Source: Puniceicoccaceae bacterium
Lineage (GTDB): Bacteria > Verrucomicrobiota > Verrucomicrobiia > Opitutales > Coraliomargaritaceae
Direction of reading: 5' to 3'
Length of the DNA: 64,000 nucleotides
NCBI GenBank assembly: GCA_007117865.1
Contig: SKFT01000110.1
Coordinates: 1,004 to 65,003, forward strand
Under the pieces are notes generated by a model. That model searched no databases, had not been told where the DNA came from, and was given only the letters and a program-made list of their open reading frames with translations. How positions within the stretch are numbered: the stretch's first letter is position 1; each line of letters opens with the position of its first letter. The position numbers and the translations under genes are program-made. Below are positions 1 through 9,509 of the stretch, piece after piece.

Positions 1-748
1 TGGTGCTGATGAATACACCTGCTGCCAGCGCAATCATGAGATAAGGCAGAACGGGATTAAATGCTTGTATGCCCTCGCGGGAAAGCCGTTTAAGTCTGAC
101 TCCCAATAGTAGTATGGGTTGGCATAAGGCCAGCGGGTGTAAAAAGGGAGCTATTATGGAAATTCCAATGGCAAATCCATAACCTGCCCCTGAGCGTGCC
201 CGTGCCGCAATGCCGGTGGATAGCAATAAAGCTGTCATAGCGAGCAGCGTTTCGCGATAGCCGGACCAAAACAGCGGTTGCAAAACAACCGGATGGATGC
301 AAAAAATCAATGCTGTGGCAAATGCCACCTTGATCCTTAATCCCCTTAGTGTCCACCACAGCAAAAGGCAATTCAGGGTGTGGATCGTTAGGTTGAGGGC
401 AAAATACAGCCTTGGCTGCAGACCAGGCAAGTGCTGCTCCAAGTGATAGCTGGCAATTGCCAGTGGGTTTGTGCGTATCCACGACAGTAATGATCGCGAT
501 TCCTCGCTGTCACTGGCGACGCTAAAACTCGGACTTCGTTCAACAAAATCTGCCTCAGGCCATAGTAGGGTAACATTCATCAAAGGTGCAAAAACCAACC
601 AGGCCGCAGCAATCAAGCCCAAGCATCCCAATAGGCCACGCAATGGCGTCAGTGGCTTGAGTGGATGGCGACGCTGCAAGCGCCTGGAAGTTTCGCCCGT
701 TTCCGCTTCGTTCGATTTCGGCTTGGTTCTATGGCAATTTTTCGGCAT
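1..748 (-). CDS. Partial CDS (N-terminal part; C-terminus lies beyond the window start): polytopic membrane protein resembling PMT_2/TMTC-type glycosyltransferases, which usually carry C-terminal TPRs
   Basis: Not in the ORF track because it is open at the window edge. Manual translation of the minus frame from ATG at 748 gives MPKNCHRTKPKSNEAETGETSRRLQRRHPLKPLTPLRGLLGCLGLIAAAWLVFAPL...YHLEQHLPGLQPRLYFALNLTIHTLNCLLLWWTLRGL..AFATALIFCIHPVVLQPLFWSGYRETLLAMTALLL... with no stop down to position 2. The hydrophobic helices and the HP..(ESV)xW-like pattern resemble that family. Confidence 0.5.
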   Translation of the reverse strand, partial: MPKNCHRTKPKSNEAETGETSRRLQRRHPLKPLTPLRGLLGCLGLIAAAWLVFAPLMNVTLLWPEADFVERSPSFSVASDSEESRSLLSWIRTNPLAIASYHLEQHLPGLQPRLYFALNLTIHTLNCLLLWWTLRGLRIKVAFATALIFCIHPVVLQPLFWSGYRETLLAMTALLLSTGIAARARSGAGYGFAIGISIIAPFLHPLALCQPILLLGVRLKRLSREGIQAFNPVLPYLMIALAAGVFIST

Positions 749-755
749 GGTGAAA

Positions 756-1316
756 CTAACGGTTAAGTGCGAATTGCTCGGGATCAGCGCCCAAGGCAAT
801 CAATGCCGAAGCGATGCGATCCAGATTCAATTGTGCGCCGGGCTGCACGCCGTGACGTGCAAACCAGCCGTGATTGACCTCCAGTGCAAATTGAATACGG
901 TTTGAGCGGGATTGCACTGGAGTTTCATCAAAAGGGTATAGGGGTAATATTTCCCGTAAAATGCCATCGCTGTCGAAGAAACCAATATCCAGAGGGATGC
1001 GAGTATTGCGCATCCAGAAAGAGAGCCGATCGGCTCGTTCGAATAGAAACAGCATTCCGTGTGTCTCCTGCATTGTATCGCGAAACATAAGTCCTCGCTG
1101 CCGTATCGCATCGGTAAATGCCAACTCCACCGCCAGGTCCTGGCCACTAATAATGCCGCTTACGCGCCCGTCCGGATCCAAGCTCAACGAAATACTGTCA
1201 GCAGGCTGGCAGGCGCTGAGGAGCGACAGAAGGAAAAGCAATAGACTAGTGTGAATGATTTTGGGTATCATTTGGGCAATGAAATTAGGATGGTAGGGTT
1301 TAGGCTGATTTTGCAA
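756..1316 (-). CDS. DUF192 domain lipoprotein
   Basis: Lipobox LLSAC near the N-terminus. DUF192-like core: RQRGLMFRD..HGMLFLFE..SFWMRNTRIPLDIGFFDSDG...FALEVNHGWF. Confidence 0.7.
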   Translation of the reverse strand: MQNQPKPYHPNFIAQMIPKIIHTSLLLFLLSLLSACQPADSISLSLDPDGRVSGIISGQDLAVELAFTDAIRQRGLMFRDTMQETHGMLFLFERADRLSFWMRNTRIPLDIGFFDSDGILREILPLYPFDETPVQSRSNRIQFALEVNHGWFARHGVQPGAQLNLDRIASALIALGADPEQFALNR

Positions 1317-1326
1317 ACGGTTTTAA

Positions 1327-2073
1327 TCACGAAAATAGCTGATCCAGCACGCTCAAGGTATAGGCAACTGCCGTATCGCATCGCAGGGTATGTTTGCCCA
1401 GTCGCACTGGCGTTAGGCCGACATCACGCAGCTTGGCGTATTCTTCGGCGGTAAAATCACCCTCAGGCCCAATCGCTGCATGGACAGTGGGGCACTCCGC
1501 AGTCTTTGGCAATGGTACCCTTATCAAGTAAGGCGTATCTGCTTCGAGGCTGGCAATGTAACCGCTAACAGGCAGCTGTTGCCTAGCTAACCACTCTGCA
1601 AGGGAGCATGGCTTTTCAATGCCTGGCAGGTAGGGCAGTCCACATTGCTTGCAGGCCTCGATTAGAAGCTGGCGCCATTTTTCCATTTTACCATCGATGC
1701 GTTCCGCTTCCAGACGAATTTCGCTGTTGGTGGAAAAGACAGGGACGATGCGCGTGACACCGATTTCGGCGGCGATGCGCAAACTGGTTTCCCATGCTTT
1801 TTGTTTGGGCAAGGCCTGCACTAGAATTCGCTCAGGTTGCAGGGCCAGTGTGGTTGACCGTGAGGTTAGGTTAACGGTGATTTCTCGGCGGCTGGCATTT
1901 TTAACACGTCCTTGCCAAGTGCGTCCCTGTCCATCGAAAGCCCACAATTCGTCGCCTTCGCGCACACGCAACACCTTGCTCAAATGGTGGCTTTCTCGCG
2001 TGTCCAATGGCCAATCAAACGGCGTTTCCGTATCTTCCGGAGACTGATTTAAAAATACCCGTGGTGCTGTCAT
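1327..2073 (-). CDS. rsmE: 16S rRNA (uracil1498-N3)-methyltransferase RsmE
   Basis: MTAPRVFLNQ...HHLSKVLRVREGDELWAFDGQG...AAIGPEGDFTAEE matches the RsmE PUA and SPOUT pattern. The start is trimmed to ATG at 2073 (cat at 2071-2073) because the 49 upstream residues of the ORF look non-coding. Confidence 0.85.
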   Translation of the reverse strand: MTAPRVFLNQSPEDTETPFDWPLDTRESHHLSKVLRVREGDELWAFDGQGRTWQGRVKNASRREITVNLTSRSTTLALQPERILVQALPKQKAWETSLRIAAEIGVTRIVPVFSTNSEIRLEAERIDGKMEKWRQLLIEACKQCGLPYLPGIEKPCSLAEWLARQQLPVSGYIASLEADTPYLIRVPLPKTAECPTVHAAIGPEGDFTAEEYAKLRDVGLTPVRLGKHTLRCDTAVAYTLSVLDQLFS

Positions 2074-2104
2074 TTTTGTGCGCTGATGTTCGCTAAAGTC
2101 ACTG

Positions 2105-2632
2105 TTACGACAACGGATGCACCATAGAGAGGTCCAGTTTGACTTCGATTTGTCTACCGAGGAAGTTGAGCAAGATGGCAATGCGTTCTTCCGGCGAAAG
2201 CACCGCCAGCACTGTGCCATTGAGGCCTTTTAAGCTTCCTTCCAGGATCTCGACCTGATTTCCCGGGAAAATAGTCGGATCGGGTAGTGAAATAAGCTCA
2301 CCTGGCGTCGTTGCCTGTAGCTCTTCCATTACGGGATCAGGAATAAAAGGATCCTGGCGTCCATTGTGGACAATATAGTTCACACCGGAGGCGCTGCTAA
2401 CAGTGCGCATTTGTTCGCGCAAATCAAAGCGGGCGAAAAGGTAATTGGGAAACAAGGCTTCAACGAAACGTTTTTTGCCCGCTTTGGTTTTGCGCATTTG
2501 ACTGATCCGTGGGCAAAACGTTTCCAGCCCCAGTTGTGATCGCAGGTTGTGCGCGGTGATGTGTTCGCGCTTGTGCTGAGTGCGCAAACAATACCAAGCT
2601 GGGCCTGTCGGTCTGTCTTTTTTTGATGCCAT
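2105..2632 (-). CDS. NusG-family transcription antitermination paralog (RfaH/UpxY-like; NGN plus KOW)
   Basis: WYCLRTQHKREHITAHNLR...FPNYLFARFD (NGN) and GNQVEILEGSLKGLNGTVLAV (KOW). The start is trimmed to MASKKDRP at 2632. Confidence 0.75.
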   Translation of the reverse strand: MASKKDRPTGPAWYCLRTQHKREHITAHNLRSQLGLETFCPRISQMRKTKAGKKRFVEALFPNYLFARFDLREQMRTVSSASGVNYIVHNGRQDPFIPDPVMEELQATTPGELISLPDPTIFPGNQVEILEGSLKGLNGTVLAVLSPEERIAILLNFLGRQIEVKLDLSMVHPLS

Positions 2633-2780
2633 GTTAGTCTGAAACCATTTAAAGAGCGTAGCCGTTTGCATTGCAAGCATAGGGTGGGCGTCAATGATTA
2701 AACTTACAGCAGTAGTCAGAAAAGGGTCTTGACTACGACTTTGCCGGGATAGTTTGCAGGGGGCAAGCGGGTGCGGGAAT

Positions 2781-2802
2781 GATGCGACAGGGTTGTCGCA
2801 TC
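2781..2802 (-). terminator. Perfect 9-bp hairpin downstream of the uvrC stop, with no clear U-tract
   Basis: GATGCGACA (2781-2789), loop GGGT, TGTCGCATC (2794-2802). It lies 15 nt past the uvrC stop on the minus strand. Confidence 0.3.
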
Positions 2803-2816
2803 TTACAATGATCAGG

Positions 2817-4292
2817 CTATATTTGACGGTGCAGAAAGGCATACAGGGCGGCAGCCGTTTTCGTTCCAATCCCCGGCACCTCAGCGATCTTATCAATCGA
2901 TGCAGCCTTTAGTCCATCCAAGCCATTGAAATGTCGCATGAGCATTTCTTTGCGCTTGGGCCCGAGACCAGGGAAGGGATCCAGGATGGATTCGCGCAGT
3001 CGCTTGCCCCGCAGTTCGGCATTATAGGCATTGGCAAATCGGTGGGCTTCATCGCGCAATTGCATCAATAATCGCAGTGCACTGGTGCGCTCACCCAGCT
3101 GTAGCGGTGGACGTTCATCAGCAAAGATAATGGTTTCGCGCTTCTTTGCCAAACCAATCAGCGGCGGTGGTGGCAGGTCGAGAATCAAAAAGCTTTTAAG
3201 TGCAGCGTTGACCTGGCCCTTGCCGCCATCAATCACAACCAGATCCGGAAAAGGTTTGGCTTCCCAAGCCAGCCGCCGATAGCGACGCTCGACCACTTCT
3301 TCCATGGCGCGAAAGTCATCGTTGCCGATAAAGGATTGAATGCGAAAGCGGCGGTAGGCAGCCCGACGTGCACGCCCGTCGATGAAGACCACCAACGAGG
3401 CGACACAAAAAGTTCCGGAAATATGGGAGATGTCAAAGCACTCGATGTGGCGCGGCAAGGTTGGCAGTGACAATGCGCATTCCAGCTCGGACAAAGCCGA
3501 CTCGACCGGCACCGTGCGGATCTGGTTGCGGGTAAACTTGCGGGTGCGGGTGCGCGTTCGTTCGAGTGCATCAATACGATCGCGAATCTGTGCGGCCTTT
3601 TCGAATTGAAGCTTTGTTGCCGCGGCCTGCATTTGCTTCTTGAGGTCCTGTAGCCACTCCAATGCCTTGCCTTCCAGGCAGTCGCAGGCCTGTTCAACAC
3701 GCTCGCGATAGGCCGCTTCGGTAAGGATGTTTGGATGCTCGTTGATTTCCGCGCGCATGTCGTCGTAGAGCATCCAGCGACCGTCATCCAAGCGTCTTGG
3801 GCTGGCGTCTTGCAGGAGAATGCCAAAGCGTCGCTTGAGTTCGGCGAGGGTTTGGCGCAGTTCAGTGGCGTGGGCAAATGGGCCGTAATAGCGGGCCTTG
3901 GAGTCAGTGCGGTTGCGAGTTAGGCGGAATCGCGGCAAGGCTTCGGTCAGGTCTATCCGCACCAGCAGGAAGCGTTTGTCATCGGTAAAGTCGGTATTGT
4001 AGCGAGGCTTGTATTCTTTAATCAGACGCCCCTCAAGGAGCAAGGCTTCCGATTCGGAGTTCAGTTCAATTATTTCAAAAGAATGAATCAGGGTAATCAT
4101 CGCCCGAACCTTGGGTTGTGCGATCCAATTACGGCGAGAAAGTTGAAAGTAAGTGGATACCCGCTTTTTTAGGTCCTTGGCCTTGCCGACATAAATGACT
4201 TGGCCAAAGCGGTCTTTCATCAAATAAACTCCTGGTCGGTGCGGCAGTTGACGCACGGCTTCTTTCAATTTACTTTCATCCCGCTCTGGCAT
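2817..4292 (-). CDS. uvrC: Excinuclease ABC subunit C (short form, 491 aa)
   Basis: GIY-YIG (PGVYLMKDRFGQVIYVGKAKDLKKRV), UVR motif (FEKAAQIRDRIDALE), RNase H-like endonuclease region (IECFDISHISG) and a C-terminal HhH (AEVPGIGTKTAAAL). Confidence 0.9.
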   Translation of the reverse strand: MPERDESKLKEAVRQLPHRPGVYLMKDRFGQVIYVGKAKDLKKRVSTYFQLSRRNWIAQPKVRAMITLIHSFEIIELNSESEALLLEGRLIKEYKPRYNTDFTDDKRFLLVRIDLTEALPRFRLTRNRTDSKARYYGPFAHATELRQTLAELKRRFGILLQDASPRRLDDGRWMLYDDMRAEINEHPNILTEAAYRERVEQACDCLEGKALEWLQDLKKQMQAAATKLQFEKAAQIRDRIDALERTRTRTRKFTRNQIRTVPVESALSELECALSLPTLPRHIECFDISHISGTFCVASLVVFIDGRARRAAYRRFRIQSFIGNDDFRAMEEVVERRYRRLAWEAKPFPDLVVIDGGKGQVNAALKSFLILDLPPPPLIGLAKKRETIIFADERPPLQLGERTSALRLLMQLRDEAHRFANAYNAELRGKRLRESILDPFPGLGPKRKEMLMRHFNGLDGLKAASIDKIAEVPGIGTKTAAALYAFLHRQI

Positions 4293-4373
4293 TTTTATAG
4301 ACTTTGTATTATGTAACTTTATCCGTGGCTCAATGATATTCTTGCTAACTGCCCAACTCTATACTGTTAAAAC

Positions 4374-5642
4374 ATGAAACACTCAGTGGAAATCATCAAC
4401 TTTGGCGATGAATTACTCGTTGGTATACGGGAGAATGCGCATTTGTCCTATCTCGGAGAGCAATTGGCCCGTCGCGGTGTGCGCATTCGGCGCAATCAGG
4501 TAATCAATGATTCACCGGACGAGATTCATGCTGCCTTTAAATCGGCATGGGAGAATGCCGACGTGATTATCACTACGGGCGGCTTGGGGCCGACGGCGGA
4601 TGATTTGACTCGTGAGTCAATAGCTGAAGCACTGGGCTTGGATTTGGTATACGACAGCAACATAGCCGTCGCGATTGAGCGTTACTTTGCACGCTTGGGA
4701 CGTCCGCTTACCGATCGCCAGCGAAAGCAGTGCTACCGTTTTCGCGAAGGTCTTGTGTTGAGCAATGAGCGGGGTACTGCACCCGGTTTGGTGTATAAGA
4801 GCCCGCAAGGCAAAATACTAATCATGTTACCTGGACCGACGCACGAGATGCGCCCCATGTTTGAGCAACAGGTTATCCCCTATCTCGAAGCCGAGGGAAT
4901 TTTTTCTCCCGGAGAAGGCTATTTGCAACTGCGCACTGCAGGGGTTGGCGAATCGGTGGTGGAAGAGCGTTTGGAGCCGCTTTTGGGCAAATATAAAGGG
5001 TTGTCGATGGCTTTTTGCGTGCATCAGGGGATAGTTGATGTGCGCTTGCAGAGCATGGATGGCAATATGCCTTTGGATGCCCTGCGCAAAATTGGCTGTG
5101 AAGCAAGGCATATTTTGGGTGACGATTTTGTCTGCTTTGGAGATCTGGGTTTGGCTGAGGTTGTTTTTCGCGATTTGCGCGCTTTGGACCGCACCTTGGC
5201 TGTGGCGGAGTCTTGTACGGGCGGAATGCTGTGCGATGCCTTTACCGACATTCCCGGTGCCTCCAAAGTGTTTATGGGTGGGGTGGTTTGTTATAACAAT
5301 GATGCCAAGGTAGGAATGGTGGATGTGCCGGAGATTATACTTGAGCAGCATGGTGCTGTAAGTGCTGAGACAGCTATTGCCATGGCGACCGGCGTGTCAG
5401 AAAGATTTTCGTCCGACTATGGCTTGAGTATTACTGGATTTGCCGGGCCTGGTGGAGGCACTGCGGCAAATCCTGTCGGCACTATTTACATGGGCTACCA
5501 TTCGCCTGTGGGTGTCTGGGGGAATCGAGTTCGTTACACCGGAGAGCGACTCGACGTTAAAGCGCGTGCTGTCAACGCGGCATTAGACTGGATGCGACGG
5601 AAATTTCTTGAGCACAAGCTCGAGGAGTTTCTATGCTCCTAA
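4374..5642 (+). CDS. cinA: CinA family protein (MoCF-binding domain plus nicotinamide-nucleotide amidohydrolase PncC domain)
   Basis: N-terminal INFGDELLVG...ITTGGLGPTADDLT and C-terminal LAVAESCTGGML...GTIYMG. Confidence 0.9.
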   Translation: MKHSVEIINFGDELLVGIRENAHLSYLGEQLARRGVRIRRNQVINDSPDEIHAAFKSAWENADVIITTGGLGPTADDLTRESIAEALGLDLVYDSNIAVAIERYFARLGRPLTDRQRKQCYRFREGLVLSNERGTAPGLVYKSPQGKILIMLPGPTHEMRPMFEQQVIPYLEAEGIFSPGEGYLQLRTAGVGESVVEERLEPLLGKYKGLSMAFCVHQGIVDVRLQSMDGNMPLDALRKIGCEARHILGDDFVCFGDLGLAEVVFRDLRALDRTLAVAESCTGGMLCDAFTDIPGASKVFMGGVVCYNNDAKVGMVDVPEIILEQHGAVSAETAIAMATGVSERFSSDYGLSITGFAGPGGGTAANPVGTIYMGYHSPVGVWGNRVRYTGERLDVKARAVNAALDWMRRKFLEHKLEEFLCS

Positions 5643-5703
5643 TTCAGATGTTGATTTTTTTGTATCAGTTAAAGTGTATGGGTAAGCAAGACCCAGTTAA
5701 GAG

Positions 5704-6660
5704 ATGAACACCTTGCCGATTGTCTTTGCTGCAATTATGCCGGTGCTCGCGATCGTTGTTGCCGGCTTTCTTGCGCGGCGACTGAACTGGCTCGATCGAC
5801 AAGCCGACGAGAGTATCATGCGCTTGGTTGTGCACCTGTTTTATCCCAGTTTGATTTTTTATTTCGTCCTTGGCAACGAAGCACTGCGCAATCCCTTTGC
5901 TGTTGCATTGCCGCCACTGGCGGCATTTTTGATGGTAGTTGGCGGGTTTGTATTGGCACTTTGGGTGGGGCGCTGGATAGGCATCAGCGGAATCAAAACG
6001 CGGCGCACTTTTGCCCTTAGCACTGGTCTTTTCAATTACGGTTATTTTGCCATTCCCGTATCCTTGCTGGTTTTTGGACGTGAGGTAACCGGGGTGCTAC
6101 TGGTCTTCAACCTGGGTGTTGAAATTGCGCTCTGGTTCGTTGGGGTGGGGTTTTTGCTTGGCGGCGTTCCCGATCAGTCCAAGTTGAAACGGTTTTTTTC
6201 GCCGCCGGTGGTTGCTCTTTTGCTTGCATTGGCGGCCAATTTTCTTGGCTGGGATCGTTGGTTCCCGCGGTTTGTCACCGATGCGTTTGGTCTTTTGGGT
6301 TCCTGTGCTATCCCGCTTGGTGTTTTGTTGATAGGTGCGGTTTCCGCCGACTTGGTTAGAGAACTCTCTTTGTTGAAGGAGCGTAATATCACCACTGCCG
6401 GAGTATTGCTCCGCCAGGGCTTTTTACCCCTATTATTTCTTGTACTTGCTTGGTTGCTGCCTTTGCCGCGGGAGTTAAAAGCAGTTATCGTTGTGCAGGC
6501 GGCTATGCCTTGTGGCATTTTACCCATTGTTTTGGCGCGCTATTATGGGGGTGATGCCGCTGTTGCGATTCGCGTAATCATGGCTTCAATTATCCTTTGT
6601 GTCATTACTATACCGTTTTGGATTACGCTGGGTATTAAGTGGTTGGGCTTGCATGGATAA
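5704..6660 (+). CDS. AEC (auxin efflux carrier) family transporter
   Basis: 318 aa with about 10 hydrophobic segments. The N-terminus (FAAIMPVLAIVVAGFLARR) and the C-terminal half (QAAMPCGILPIVLARYYG) are typical of the AEC family. Confidence 0.8.
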   Translation: MNTLPIVFAAIMPVLAIVVAGFLARRLNWLDRQADESIMRLVVHLFYPSLIFYFVLGNEALRNPFAVALPPLAAFLMVVGGFVLALWVGRWIGISGIKTRRTFALSTGLFNYGYFAIPVSLLVFGREVTGVLLVFNLGVEIALWFVGVGFLLGGVPDQSKLKRFFSPPVVALLLALAANFLGWDRWFPRFVTDAFGLLGSCAIPLGVLLIGAVSADLVRELSLLKERNITTAGVLLRQGFLPLLFLVLAWLLPLPRELKAVIVVQAAMPCGILPIVLARYYGGDAAVAIRVIMASIILCVITIPFWITLGIKWLGLHG

Positions 6661-6697
6661 AGTTTGGCGGTTTTCGCGTGATAGGTTTATTAATGTG

Positions 6698-6726
6698 TTG
6701 ACAGAACCCCACGTATTCATCTTAAT
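6698..6726 (+). promoter_or_regulatory. Candidate sigma70-type promoter for rpsT
   Basis: TTGACA at 6698-6703, a 17-nt spacer, then CTTAAT at 6721-6726. It lies 22 nt upstream of the rpsT ATG. Confidence 0.3.
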
Positions 6727-6748
6727 CTATCCTTTTTTCTAGACAGCA

Positions 6749-7027
6749 ATGGCAAATTCAAAAGCAGCTCTTAAGTACATTCGTAAAACAGCAACCCGTA
6801 CGCTCCGCAACCGTCAGGTTAAAAGTCGTCTAAAGACACTTGCCCGCAAGGTGGATCAAGCCAAGGAGTCCGGCGACAGTGAAGCATTTTCCAGTGCTTC
6901 CCGCAACTACATCGCCGAGCTGGAAAGAGCCGCCGGAAAGGGCATTGTTCACGCCAACAAAGTCTCCCGTCACAAAAGTCGCTTGGCTGCCAAGGCTATG
7001 CCTGAAGTGGCTGCGGATGCTAGCTAA
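6749..7027 (+). CDS. rpsT: 30S ribosomal protein S20
   Basis: MANSKAALKYIRKTATRTLRNRQVKSRLKT... is the classic basic S20 sequence, 92 aa. Confidence 0.95.
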   Translation: MANSKAALKYIRKTATRTLRNRQVKSRLKTLARKVDQAKESGDSEAFSSASRNYIAELERAAGKGIVHANKVSRHKSRLAAKAMPEVAADAS

Positions 7028-7075
7028 GCCTTTGTCTGGCACAAGCCAGGTCGGTCATCATTTTCCTTTCCTGTG

Positions 7076-7903
7076 ATGAGTGGCGGGGCATCGATTGAGT
7101 CAACGGATTCGCTCGTTGTCAGTTTTCCAGTTGGAATATTTGGCGATCAGTCCGTTCGTTTATCGTTGTTGCACAACGATGAAAACTTTTTTGTGATCTC
7201 CAAGCCAGCTGGCATAAGTGTTCGTCAGCACCCATGGGAAGCAGGCACCAGCCTGGACCGTGCACTCAATGATGCCCTACAGCAGAACAAGCAGTGGGTG
7301 ATCCAGCTTAATTGTGATGTCATTGGCTCGGTTTTTCCGCTGGATCAGTCCATTAGCGGTCCTGTATTATTTGCAAAAAATGCATCCGCTTTAAGCATGG
7401 CGCGCAATGCATTTGGTTCTTTTACCTATTTATTTCGCTTTTTGCTTCTTGTCGAAGAAACTGAGAGGGTTAGCGGAGAGAATGAGATGCTTTGCCAAAT
7501 TCCCCTGCGGGCGGATGACTCACAGGCCCGATTGCACCCGAGCAAGCGTCGCGGAAAGCGTTGTGAGACACGCTTCAAGCGACTTCATCCGGCGCGCAAT
7601 AGCTGGAGCTTATGGCAAGCGGAAACCACCTTTCCGCGTCTCCATCAAATACGAGCTCACGCGCAGGCCATAGGCATGAAAATTGCCGGTGATAATGTCT
7701 ACGGAACGGAGCGGGTGCCGGTAGCGAAAGAGCTTCTCAGTAGCGGTAGTGGACCCGGTTTGCAAAAACCGTTACTCGGTCATATGGGCATTCATCTACA
7801 AATTTTGAGAATGCCCACCTTTGCTGTCGAACAGCCGTCTATCACTATCAATTGTTCGACCTCTGCAGAATTCGCCAATTGTCTGCGCAAAGCAGATTGG
7901 TGA
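7076..7903 (+). CDS. RluA-family pseudouridine synthase
   Basis: FFVISKPAGISV, PLDQSISGPVLFAKN (catalytic Asp motif) and HQIRAHAQAIGMKIAGDNVYG. Confidence 0.75.
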   Translation: MSGGASIESTDSLVVSFPVGIFGDQSVRLSLLHNDENFFVISKPAGISVRQHPWEAGTSLDRALNDALQQNKQWVIQLNCDVIGSVFPLDQSISGPVLFAKNASALSMARNAFGSFTYLFRFLLLVEETERVSGENEMLCQIPLRADDSQARLHPSKRRGKRCETRFKRLHPARNSWSLWQAETTFPRLHQIRAHAQAIGMKIAGDNVYGTERVPVAKELLSSGSGPGLQKPLLGHMGIHLQILRMPTFAVEQPSITINCSTSAEFANCLRKADW

Positions 7904-7920
7904 GCCTGCAAGCAACTGTT

Positions 7921-8883
7921 TCAGGAATCAAAAATTGCCACTGTTGTTTTGCCTTTTGTATCACGGGTGGCGCGAAACAGTGCATTGGTGTTGAAGGGCA
8001 TGCTGATGTTGCCCTTTCGGTCGATGGCAATGAGTCCACCCAAGGCCTTGGCAGGTGCCAGTCTTTGGTAGATAATTGCATCCGCAGCCTCGTGCAGAGA
8101 AGCTTTACCATAACGCATGCGACTGGCGAGATCGTGAGCAACCACATGGCGAATAAAGTGTTCACCATACCCAGTGCAGGAAACGGCACAGGTTTCATTG
8201 TCGGCGTAGGTTCCGCAGCCGATTAGCGGCGAATCGCCCACGCGACCAAAAGATTTGTTAGTGAGTCCGCCGGTTGAGGTGCCAGCTGCGAGATTGCCAT
8301 CGCAATCCAGGGCAACCGCGCCTACTGTACCGAATTTTTCGTGATCCAAAGTAATTTCCCCAGCGGATTGGGCAGCAGACAGCTCTTGAATCCGGTGTTC
8401 GGTGATAAACCATTCTGGATCGGCAAAGTCGATTCCCACTTGCTCAGCAAACGCACGGGCACCATTGCCACTGAGCAGGACAAAACGATCGTCCAGCAAA
8501 ATGCGGTAAGCGAGCTCGATTGGATGACGTACGCCTTCAACAGCTGCAACGGCACCCGCCCTATGGGTTTTCCCGCACATGATAGCTGCATCCATTTCAA
8601 TCCGACCATCAGAAGTTAACACCGATCCGCGACCTGCATTGAAAAGCGGCGCGGCCTCAAGGATTTTAATTACCTCTGCCACACAATCACAGGCACAGGC
8701 ACCCTGCTCCAACAGGATCCAGCCATGATCCAATGCTTGTTCCATAATGACGCGATAGGGCAGCTCAGTGCCAGTTGCATTTGGCCCCCTTCGCAACATC
8801 CCCGCCCCGCCATGCAAAGCCAAGGCAAATTTGCGCCTCCCAGAGGGCTTACCGTTAGATGCCATGGATATTGAAGCCATCAT
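7921..8883 (-). CDS. Isoaspartyl peptidase / L-asparaginase (Ntn hydrolase)
   Basis: LALHGGAG..., autoprocessing site GTVGAVALDCDGNLAAGTSTGG, and GDSPLIGCGTYA. Confidence 0.85.
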   Translation of the reverse strand: MMASISMASNGKPSGRRKFALALHGGAGMLRRGPNATGTELPYRVIMEQALDHGWILLEQGACACDCVAEVIKILEAAPLFNAGRGSVLTSDGRIEMDAAIMCGKTHRAGAVAAVEGVRHPIELAYRILLDDRFVLLSGNGARAFAEQVGIDFADPEWFITEHRIQELSAAQSAGEITLDHEKFGTVGAVALDCDGNLAAGTSTGGLTNKSFGRVGDSPLIGCGTYADNETCAVSCTGYGEHFIRHVVAHDLASRMRYGKASLHEAADAIIYQRLAPAKALGGLIAIDRKGNISMPFNTNALFRATRDTKGKTTVAIFDS

Positions 8884-9056
8884 CTCCTAAAACTCCCTTC
8901 CAGAGCCAACTGAAGCAAGCAGAAAATATAACAACAAAATAAACCAGGTATATATATTTCATCTATGAAGTGAATATTTATTTAGGCTGGGGTGGGGTAG
9001 CTAATTTAGTGGCTATGGGTCTTGATCAATGGACGGAATGGGTACAATTATACTGT

Positions 9057-9500
9057 ATGGTTATTGATAGCATTGAGCCAAGTATCGAAAAAAAGCGTCA
9101 GACGCTGGTGGAAGAAATTGAGCTGATCCCGGACCCTTATGAGCGGCTTGGCTATGTGGTCGATTACGGACGCAAGGCTCAGGAACTGGAACCGGAGTAT
9201 CGCACGGATCCTTTTAAGATCGAGGGTTGCATGTCGCAACTTTGGGTTGTCCCTGCCTTGCGGGAAGGCCGCTGTTATTTTCGTTCCGATTCGGATTCCG
9301 CCATTGTTAAGGGGATTGCGCATTTATTGTGTAACTTTTATTCAGGGCAAAAGCCTGCAGCTATTCTTACTGATGACGCCTCTTTTTTAGCAGAGGTTGG
9401 CATTACCCAGCACCTTTCACCCAATCGGCGCAATGGCTTGAGTCGCATTACCGAGAGCATTCACCGATTTGCGCGTTCCTGTCAAAACGAGGAAGCGTGA
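9057..9500 (+). CDS. sufE: SufE-like cysteine desulfuration protein
   Basis: PDPYERLGYVVDYG...FKIEGCMSQLWV...SDSAIVKGIAHLL...HLSPNRRNGL. The start is trimmed to ATG at 9057. Confidence 0.8.
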   Translation: MVIDSIEPSIEKKRQTLVEEIELIPDPYERLGYVVDYGRKAQELEPEYRTDPFKIEGCMSQLWVVPALREGRCYFRSDSDSAIVKGIAHLLCNFYSGQKPAAILTDDASFLAEVGITQHLSPNRRNGLSRITESIHRFARSCQNEEA

Positions 9501-9509
9501 AAGTTTAAA

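Noticed and set aside
90-905. Track ORFs 90-482(-), 388-576(-) and 471-905(+) at the window start
   Set aside because: The third minus frame, open to the window edge and absent from the track, gives a coherent polytopic membrane protein starting at 748. The listed ORFs are off-frame or antisense.
2633-2896. N-terminal extensions of track ORFs: 2105-2896, 1327-2220, 43882-46857, 61926-62819, 23959-24618, 8970-9500 and 16560-17189
   Set aside because: The extensions overlap neighbouring genes or intergenic DNA and translate to Cys/Arg/Ser-rich junk. Internal ATGs give family-typical N-termini.
7028-7072. Terminator after rpsT (CTGGC-ACAA-GCCAG hairpin)
   Set aside because: The stem is only 5 bp and no T-tract follows. 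The next gene starts 45 nt later, so read-through co-transcription is equally likely.
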